Shown piece by piece: positions 57,749 to 64,000 of a stretch of DNA of 64,000 bases. Positions within the stretch are counted from its first letter, which is position 1, and every line of letters starts with the position of its first letter. Origin of the DNA: an uncultured Verrucomicrobiae bacterium (GTDB taxonomy: Bacteria > Verrucomicrobiota > Verrucomicrobiia > Chthoniobacterales > JAFAMB01); assembly GCA_963762565.1 (NCBI GenBank), contig CAVXLD010000003.1, positions 608,001-672,000 on the forward strand, in the 5' to 3' direction. A program made the translations under genes and the position numbers. Below the pieces are notes generated by a model. It searched no databases. It saw only the letters and a list, made by a program, of their open reading frames with translations, and was not told where the DNA came from.

Positions 57749-57829
57749 CTTTGCCTTTTTGGTTCCGGCTCTGTCGCGCTATTTGATCTCTGGATTTTCC
57801 ATCTCCGGAATCTGGGTTCACAATAGACG

Positions 57830-60800
57830 ATGTCCGCCGACTCTGACCGCTGGCAATTCTGGATCGATCGAGGAGGAACGTTCACCGACATTGTCGCGTG
57901 TTCGCCCGATGGGCGGATCTTGTCCTCCAAATTGTTATCCGAAAACCCGGAGCAATATACAGACGCTTCGGTAGAAGGAATCCGGCGGATGCTTGGTCTG
58001 CAGCGCAATGAACTGATTCCGGCGGAGAAGATCGCGTCGGTTAAGCTAGGCACAACCGTGGCGACCAATGCCCTGCTTGAGCGGAAAGGCGAGCCCACAG
58101 TGTTAGTGATCACTCGCGGGCTGGCGGACGTGCTGAGAATCGGGACACAGCAACGGCCTAGACTCTTTGACCTCAACATTGTTTTACCCGAACCACTCTA
58201 CGAAAAGGTTGTCGAGGTTGATGGACGTTTTTCGGCTGAAGGTAAAGAACTCGAGGCGCTTAATCTGATTGCCGTTGGCGACTCGCTTAAGCAAGCCCTC
58301 TCAGAAGGTATTCGCGCCGCTGCTATTGTCTGTGTGCATGGATACCGTTATCCGCAGCATGAGCAAGCCATCGCTCGCCTTGCTCGCGAGCTCGGATTTT
58401 CCCAAGTATCGACCAGCCACGAAACCAGTCAGCTGATCAACCTAGTGAATCGGGGCGATACCACTGTGGTAGATGCCTATCTTTCGCCTGTACTTGGCAG
58501 ATACGTCGACGGACTGCGTCAGGCACTCCCAGGGATCCCCTTATTTTTTATGCAGTCGAACGGCGGGCTTATTGATGCTGCTCGCTTTCAAGGCAAGAAT
58601 TCTATTCTATCCGGGCCGGCCGGAGGAATTGTCGGAGCAGTCAAAGTGGCTGATCGGGCCGGCATTAATCGGGTAATCGCCTTTGATATGGGTGGCACGT
58701 CGACGGACGTTACCCATTTTGCGGGTGAGTTTGAACGCCGGTTCGAGACGGAAGTCGCGGGGGTGAGGATTTGCGTTCCCATGATGCACATCTACACGGT
58801 GGCAGCCGGAGGCGGCTCAATCTGCTGGTTTGACGGTGGCCGATTGAGCGTTGGTCCGGAAAGCGCCGGAGCCAACCCTGGGCCGGCGGCTTATCGCCGG
58901 GGCGGCCCTCTTACGGTGACAGATTGTAATGTGATGTTGGGACGGCTGCCGCCGACTTTTTTTCCAAAAATCTTTGGTCCCAGCGGCGACTTACCTCTTG
59001 ATAAGGATCGAGTCGCTGAGGCGTTCCGTGAGCTCAGCGCCCAGATCAAGGCGAGTTCGCACAAGTCGCTAAAACCCGAAGAACTAGCCGGCGGTTTTCT
59101 CCGGATCGCTGTGGAGAACATGGCAAACGCGATTAAAAAGATTTCGGTGGCAAGGGGTTACGATGTCACCCAGTACACGCTGGTTACGTTCGGTGGAGCG
59201 GGGGGCCAGCATGCCTGCGCGGTGGCAGACGCGTTGCGGATGGAGCGGGTGTTGATCCATCCGCTGGCGGGAGTCTTGTCCGCGTACGGCATTGGTCTAG
59301 CCGAACTTCGATCTCTTCGTGAATCGTCCGTGGAACGGCTGTTGGACCAGGAAGGCGTGGTCGAGGCCGAACGAATATTGGCTGGCTTGGAAGCAGAAGC
59401 CCAGCAAGAGTTGCAGTTTCAACACTCCGAAACAGAAAGAGTTCTTCGGAGATTTCATCTCCGTTACCGGGGGACGAACACTGCTATAGCGGTCGAGGGG
59501 GATGGTATTCCCGCCATGACAGAAGCGTTTCGGGCAGCCCATCAATCTCGCTTTGGCTTCACGATGGATCCCAACGAACGGGGGCTGGTAATCGCTGCCG
59601 TATCCGTGGAAGCGATCGGTAGGACTTCGGCGGGGGTTCGAAGAGCTCAGTCGAGTCTATCGGTCAGCATCGCAGGCGTTGCGCATTCTACGGGTGGGCA
59701 CCCCGCCGGCCTCGCAAGCGAGGCGCGCTCCACGAATGTGATGTTCGCTGGTAGGTGGCAGCCCACGCCCGTCTTCAATCGCGAAGAGCTCGGCGCCGGC
59801 TCGAAGATCGTGGGGCCAGCGTTAATTATCGAACCAACCACGGGTACCGTGATCGAGCCCGGTTGGCAGGGAGAAATCACCGAGGAACTAGACCTTTTGC
59901 TCACGCGGACGGTTCCCCGGCCAATGCGCACTGCTATTAGTACCGAGGTAGATCCCGTTCTACTCGAGGTATTTAACAATCTTTTCATGTCGATTGCGGA
60001 ACAAATGGGGCTGGTTCTGCAAAACTCTGCTTACTCTGTTAACATCAAGGAACGCCTCGATTTCTCGTGCGCCTTATTCGATGCCGAAGGCAGGCTGGTA
60101 GCGAACGCACCACATATTCCCGTTCACCTGGGATCGATGGGTGAAGCCGTGCGTTGGATCATTCGGCGACGGGGCGATACAGTTCGCAAGGGCGATGTGT
60201 TCGCCCTCAACGACCCATTCGCGGGCGGCACCCATCTACCCGACATTACGGTGGTTACACCTTTCTTCGCTTCGGATGACCGGCCCGCCTTTTGGTTGGC
60301 CAGCCGCGGGCATCACGCCGACATCGGCGGCATTACTCCTGGATCAATGCCGCCGGACAGCAAAAGCATCGACGAAGAAGGGATCCGCATTACCGATTTT
60401 CTCCTGGTCGAGCAAGGCCATTTTCGTGAGCGAGAGTTAATCGAATTGCTGGCACGCGGTCCCTACCCAGCTCGTAATACTCCGCAAAACATCGGGGATC
60501 TTCATGCCCAGATCGCAGCCAACGAAAAAGGCGGAAGTGAGCTCGCCGTGTTGGTTAAGCAGTTTGGTCTCAACGGGGTTCAGGCATACATGAACCATGT
60601 CCGAGCCAACGCGGCCGAACAGGTGCGGCGGGTGATCGATTGTCTCAAACCGGGTCGTTTCGTGCAGCGTATGGATTCGGGAGCAGAGATTCATGTACGT
60701 ATCAACGTCGATCTCACGGAACGTCGGGCGGAGATCGATTTCACCGGTACGTCCGCTCAGAGAGCCGATAATTTCAATGCCCCAACCGCGATTGTTAATG

Positions 60801-61483
60801 CGGTCGTACTTTATGTTTTCCGTACGCTGATAAAAGAAGAGATCCCTTTGAACGACGGCTGCTTAGACGCTTTGGCGATTTTTGTGCCGCAGGGATCAAT
60901 GCTGGCTCCGGAGCCGCCCGCGGCTGTGGTTGCCGGAAACGTCGAAACTTCGCAAGCCGTGGCTAACGCACTTTACGGTGCGCTTGGTGTAATGGCCGCG
61001 GGTCAGGGAACAATGAATAATCTGACTTTTGGCAACGATCGGTATCAGTATTATGAGACGATCGGGGGCGGGGCAGGGGCGGGACCCGATTTCCCGGGTG
61101 CTTCTGCGGTCCACACGCACATGACCAACACCCGGCTAACTGATGCAGAAGTGTTAGAGCTCCGGTACCCGGTAATATTAGAAGCATTCCAAATCCGGCA
61201 TAACTCCGGCGGGGACGGCCATTGGCGTGGAGGCGACGGTATCATTCGCAAGCTGCGATTCCGTGAACCGATGAAGGTGGCGATCTTGGCTAACCATCGA
61301 GTTGTACCGCCGGTTGGTCTCGAAGGCGGTAATTCGGGCGAGGTCGGCAAGACCTCTATTTTGAGAAAGGACGGCACTGTAGAAATCCTGAGTAGCTGTG
61401 ACCAACGCGATGTGGCGGCTGGCGATGCAATCTTGGTGGAAACACCGGGAGGAGGAGGATGGGGCGTGAGGGGTGAAACGTGA
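57830..61483 (+). CDS. 5-oxoprolinase (fused hydantoinase A/B)
   Basis: [54 protein letters not shown]. Confidence 0.93.
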   Translation: MSADSDRWQFWIDRGGTFTDIVACSPDGRILSSKLLSENPEQYTDASVEGIRRMLGLQRNELIPAEKIASVKLGTTVATNALLERKGEPTVLVITRGLADVLRIGTQQRPRLFDLNIVLPEPLYEKVVEVDGRFSAEGKELEALNLIAVGDSLKQALSEGIRAAAIVCVHGYRYPQHEQAIARLARELGFSQVSTSHETSQLINLVNRGDTTVVDAYLSPVLGRYVDGLRQALPGIPLFFMQSNGGLIDAARFQGKNSILSGPAGGIVGAVKVADRAGINRVIAFDMGGTSTDVTHFAGEFERRFETEVAGVRICVPMMHIYTVAAGGGSICWFDGGRLSVGPESAGANPGPAAYRRGGPLTVTDCNVMLGRLPPTFFPKIFGPSGDLPLDKDRVAEAFRELSAQIKASSHKSLKPEELAGGFLRIAVENMANAIKKISVARGYDVTQYTLVTFGGAGGQHACAVADALRMERVLIHPLAGVLSAYGIGLAELRSLRESSVERLLDQEGVVEAERILAGLEAEAQQELQFQHSETERVLRRFHLRYRGTNTAIAVEGDGIPAMTEAFRAAHQSRFGFTMDPNERGLVIAAVSVEAIGRTSAGVRRAQSSLSVSIAGVAHSTGGHPAGLASEARSTNVMFAGRWQPTPVFNREELGAGSKIVGPALIIEPTTGTVIEPGWQGEITEELDLLLTRTVPRPMRTAISTEVDPVLLEVFNNLFMSIAEQMGLVLQNSAYSVNIKERLDFSCALFDAEGRLVANAPHIPVHLGSMGEAVRWIIRRRGDTVRKGDVFALNDPFAGGTHLPDITVVTPFFASDDRPAFWLASRGHHADIGGITPGSMPPDSKSIDEEGIRITDFLLVEQGHFRERELIELLARGPYPARNTPQNIGDLHAQIAANEKGGSELAVLVKQFGLNGVQAYMNHVRANAAEQVRRVIDCLKPGRFVQRMDSGAEIHVRINVDLTERRAEIDFTGTSAQRADNFNAPTAIVNAVVLYVFRTLIKEEIPLNDGCLDALAIFVPQGSMLAPEPPAAVVAGNVETSQAVANALYGALGVMAAGQGTMNNLTFGNDRYQYYETIGGGAGAGPDFPGASAVHTHMTNTRLTDAEVLELRYPVILEAFQIRHNSGGDGHWRGGDGIIRKLRFREPMKVAILANHRVVPPVGLEGGNSGEVGKTSILRKDGTVEILSSCDQRDVAAGDAILVETPGGGGWGVRGET
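59707..59733 (-). repeat. Family D REP embedded in frame in the oxoprolinase CDS
   Basis: reverse complement is 27/27 identical to 14688-14714. Confidence 0.85.
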
Positions 61484-61502
61484 TTGGTGATTAGTGATTG
61501 GT
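61467..61502. repeat. GTGA(nnn) heptamer array over the oxoprolinase stop
   Basis: gtgaggg gtgaaac gtgattg gtgatta gtgattg. Confidence 0.75.
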
Positions 61503-61544
61503 CGCGCGTCGGGCGGTGTGGTGGCTTGTAATTTGCTGTCCGCT

Positions 61545-62147
61545 ATGAGGGTGACGTCCTTGAACTCCTCGAACTCCTTTACTCTCCGCCTTGCTAGTCC
61601 CGGTGATGCAGAGCAGATCGCGGCAATTTATGCCCCGTTTTGCCTCGACACGGCGGTCTCGTTTGAGACGGTGGCGCCGGATGAAGCAACGATGCGGGAA
61701 CGGATCAGCGCGACAGCGGCGCGATATCCTTGGTTGGTCGCGGTTTCGGAAACGGGGGATGTACTTGGTTATGCTTATGCAAGCAAACATCGTGAGAGAG
61801 CGGCCTATCGATGGTCGGTCGATTTCACCGTTTACGTAGCGCCGGCGGCGAAAAGGCGTGAAATCGGGACGACTCTATACCGTGCGCTAACGAAGATCTG
61901 CCAATATCTCGGCTACTACCGGGCGTTTGCCGGGGTCACTCTACCGAATGAAGCCAGTGTCCGGCTCCACGAGAAAGTCGGGTTTCGTGCGATCGGAATC
62001 TATCAGCGAGTCGGTTTCAAGCTCGGCAAATGGCATGACGTCGGGTGGTGGAGCCTCGATCTGGCGCCAGAAGAAGACGCGCCGGGTGAACCGCGACTGA
62101 TCGGAGAAGTGCTCGGATCCGGTGTAATTGAAGAAACGCTGCGGTAG
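61545..62147 (+). CDS. GNAT N-acetyltransferase, phosphinothricin/arsinothricin acetyltransferase-like
   Basis: IYAPF...VSFE, YPWLV, GYAYAS.HRERAAY, LPNEASVRLHE..GF, GFKLGKWHDVGWW. Confidence 0.88.
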   Translation: MRVTSLNSSNSFTLRLASPGDAEQIAAIYAPFCLDTAVSFETVAPDEATMRERISATAARYPWLVAVSETGDVLGYAYASKHRERAAYRWSVDFTVYVAPAAKRREIGTTLYRALTKICQYLGYYRAFAGVTLPNEASVRLHEKVGFRAIGIYQRVGFKLGKWHDVGWWSLDLAPEEDAPGEPRLIGEVLGSGVIEETLR

Positions 62148-62161
62148 GGTGTCTTGTCTGA

Positions 62162-62413
62162 ATCTCGCCGCGAAACCATATCGTCAGCATTCGCGAAGAA
62201 CGGTACAAGCTGGCTGAGTATTATGCCATGAACGGAACGGTGGAGAGCCAGTGGGAAATGTACGACCTGCTCAGCGATCCTCTCGAAGTCACCAACATTG
62301 CCTGGCTCACCTATAACCGCAGCCCTGAGCAGCAAAAGGAGTACGACCGCCTCAGACTCAAACTCGAATACGTGAAGTCAACCCGCCTGCAGCCGCTGCC
62401 GGACTCGCCTTAG
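62162..62413 (+). pseudogene. C-terminal remnant of a sulfatase-like hydrolase
   Basis: NHIVSIREERYKLAEYY...WEMYDLLSDPLEVTNIA; in-frame stop at 62159-62161 upstream. Confidence 0.65.
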
Positions 62414-62545
62414 GCTCGTCCGGAATAGCAAATAGCAAATAGCAGATAGCAAATGGAACTCCCTCCGACCCAGCGCCGGGCCCGGAGGGGATTTGCTATT
62501 TTCTATCTGCTATTTGCTATTCCGGACGAGCCTAGGCGAGTCCGG
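62399..62545. repeat. Long palindrome with inverted (AATAGCA)4 heptamer arrays
   Basis: ccggactcgccttaggctcgtccggaatagcaaatagc ... gctatttgctattccggacgagcctaggcgagtccgg. Confidence 0.92.
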
Positions 62546-63592
62546 TTATCTGCCACCGGAGGCATCTTTAAGAAATGCTCTGACGGTCTTTTGTATGTCG
62601 CGCATCATCGCAGCGCCTGAGCCAAGGCGTTCCGTTCCGCGCAATTCGCTAATGGCTTTTGCGGAAACCAGGTCGACCCGCCAGATCAAGGTTGCGTCTC
62701 GTCCGTCTACCTGTACCGGCCAGAGCTGTTCCAAGGTGACGACCGCGTAATAGCCGCCGCTGGAATAAAACCCGAGGTCGAGCGTCTGGTAGCCGTCACC
62801 GACCGGTCTTGCGTAGAAGGCGTCCAAACTGACAGCCGCCTCGCCGTTAGCGTCAAAGAGCTGCCAAGAGAGTGATGCGGACGATCCGCCGCCTCCGCCG
62901 ACCGGGGTCGCCGAAATAATCGGGGAAAAATGGGAGCGCAGGTCGCCGCTGCTATCGAGCAGCTCAGCTACTTCGGTTGCCGGGGAGATGCCAGTTTGAT
63001 ATGACACTGCAGAGGCGAGTCCTCCAGATGCAAAATTCCTGGCTCGTTCTGCCAGGACCTGGCTCCAAAATGCCAATATCGGCCCGGAGATGGTGCCTGC
63101 GCCGCCTGATGCTCCGCCGGAGTACTCTTTCATCTCCGCACTACTCAGCTGCAGTTTTGAAGAGTCGCCAGGGAGCTGCTCGGTCGCTTCCACAAATGCC
63201 CGAATGGAGGTATTGGAGGGAGCAGATGCAAGGCTGTGAAAACTCTCGGGGCCAGGCCTCGATGAAAGGCTGCCTTGGAGATAGGTCCTTAACTCCGGAT
63301 GCCGGGTGGGATTCCATTGTTGAAGAAGGCCGAGAGTGGTCTTGATGGCAGCCCGTACGACGTAGGCACTCTGAACTGACACCCCGCGTGCCAGCCTGCT
63401 GATAGGCGCACCCGCTGCTGCCACGTTGTCCCCGGACAACTTGGAGAGGTCCACGTCCTTCAGAGCCGATAGTGACCTGAGGTCGCTAACTGGATCCGCG
63501 GAAACGTTGAGCGTCGGTGTCAACACCCCGGCCAGGATCGCGAGAAAGGCGCCATTGAACAGGAGGTTCTTTCGAACGCTGGTAGGCTTCAT
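62546..63592 (-). CDS. Exported hypothetical protein
   Basis: long ORF; signal-like MKPTSVRKNLLFNGAFLAILAGVL...VSA|D. Confidence 0.65.
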   Translation of the reverse strand: MKPTSVRKNLLFNGAFLAILAGVLTPTLNVSADPVSDLRSLSALKDVDLSKLSGDNVAAAGAPISRLARGVSVQSAYVVRAAIKTTLGLLQQWNPTRHPELRTYLQGSLSSRPGPESFHSLASAPSNTSIRAFVEATEQLPGDSSKLQLSSAEMKEYSGGASGGAGTISGPILAFWSQVLAERARNFASGGLASAVSYQTGISPATEVAELLDSSGDLRSHFSPIISATPVGGGGGSSASLSWQLFDANGEAAVSLDAFYARPVGDGYQTLDLGFYSSGGYYAVVTLEQLWPVQVDGRDATLIWRVDLVSAKAISELRGTERLGSGAAMMRDIQKTVRAFLKDASGGR

Positions 63593-63729
63593 AAGGCTAT
63601 AAGATGCCGTCGTCGTAGATTTGCAAAATGCAAGTTGAGGATTTCGAGGATTCGAGGAGTTCAGCATAGAGCGCGCATGGAGGCAGGTAGCACTTGGCGG
63701 AAGGAAGCTGTGCGGAGCACGAACAGGCA

Positions 63730-64000
63730 CTAATTCCTTCGCCGTATTCCCATAAAACCGGCCACAAGTCTGTCGAGTATTCTCATGGGGAGCAATTGCG
63801 GAATGATCCAGTTCGTCAGGCGACTCGGAACGATAGCGTAGCGTACGCGCGGTTTCGCAGCCGTCAGAGCACGCCAGACCGCCCTTCCGATCACGTCTGC
63901 GGAATAGCCGCTAACGGCTTCCTTCGCGGCGTATCCTTCAAACTTCGCTAATGCCTCCGCATAGGGTGTCTCGCGAAACCGTTCAGCCAACCCGGTGTCA
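63730..64000 (-). CDS. C-terminal part of a short-chain dehydrogenase/reductase (truncated by window edge)
   Basis: TPY...ADVIGRAVWRALTAAKPRVRY...LPMRILDRL, typical of SDR C-termini. Confidence 0.6.
   Translation of the reverse strand, partial: DTGLAERFRETPYAEALAKFEGYAAKEAVSGYSADVIGRAVWRALTAAKPRVRYAIVPSRLTNWIIPQLLPMRILDRLVAGFMGIRRRN

Noticed and set aside
1..64000. Autonomous IS/transposase, RAYT, reverse transcriptase, prophage, tRNA or rRNA
   Set aside because: No ORF with DDE, HUH/Y1, recombinase or RT motifs and no recognisable stable-RNA sequence; any enzyme mobilising the repeats must lie outside the window

Overview
64 kb of a GC-rich bacterial chromosome, probably Verrucomicrobiota (inferred mainly from a Verrucomicrobia-type TGTTC-N4-GAACA LexA box). 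The genes are mostly housekeeping or metabolic: fabF with an SRPBCC cyclase, glgP, pyrRBC with a PyrR-binding RNA loop, mrp, gabD, the imuA-imuB-dnaE2 mutasome, tdh, ruvC-lipB, a TPR-AAA ATPase/TPR-membrane protein pair, hisI-trpE-trpG, a 9-gene cytochrome caa3 + Rieske/cytochrome b cluster, rppH, a LacI-dhaL-dhaK-fba-HAD cluster, murJ, a pagL-like gene and 5-oxoprolinase. Three gene remnants are present (MEDS-GAF, VOC, sulfatase). I saw no rRNA, tRNA, CRISPR array, integrase or transposase. The most striking feature is non-coding: more than 25 intergenic sites carry palindromic elements of two classes. The first class is REP/REPIN-like doublets. Two of these families, unrelated in sequence, share an unusual layout in which each short stem encloses a ~70-75 nt loop of conserved length but divergent sequence. 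The second class is inverted pairs of 6-, 7-, 8- or 9-mer tandem arrays. The elements nest inside one another, sit inside operons, and repeatedly supply the stop codons and C-termini (once probably the start and signal peptide) of neighbouring genes. All calls were made by eye from the sequence and ORF track; no database searches were run.
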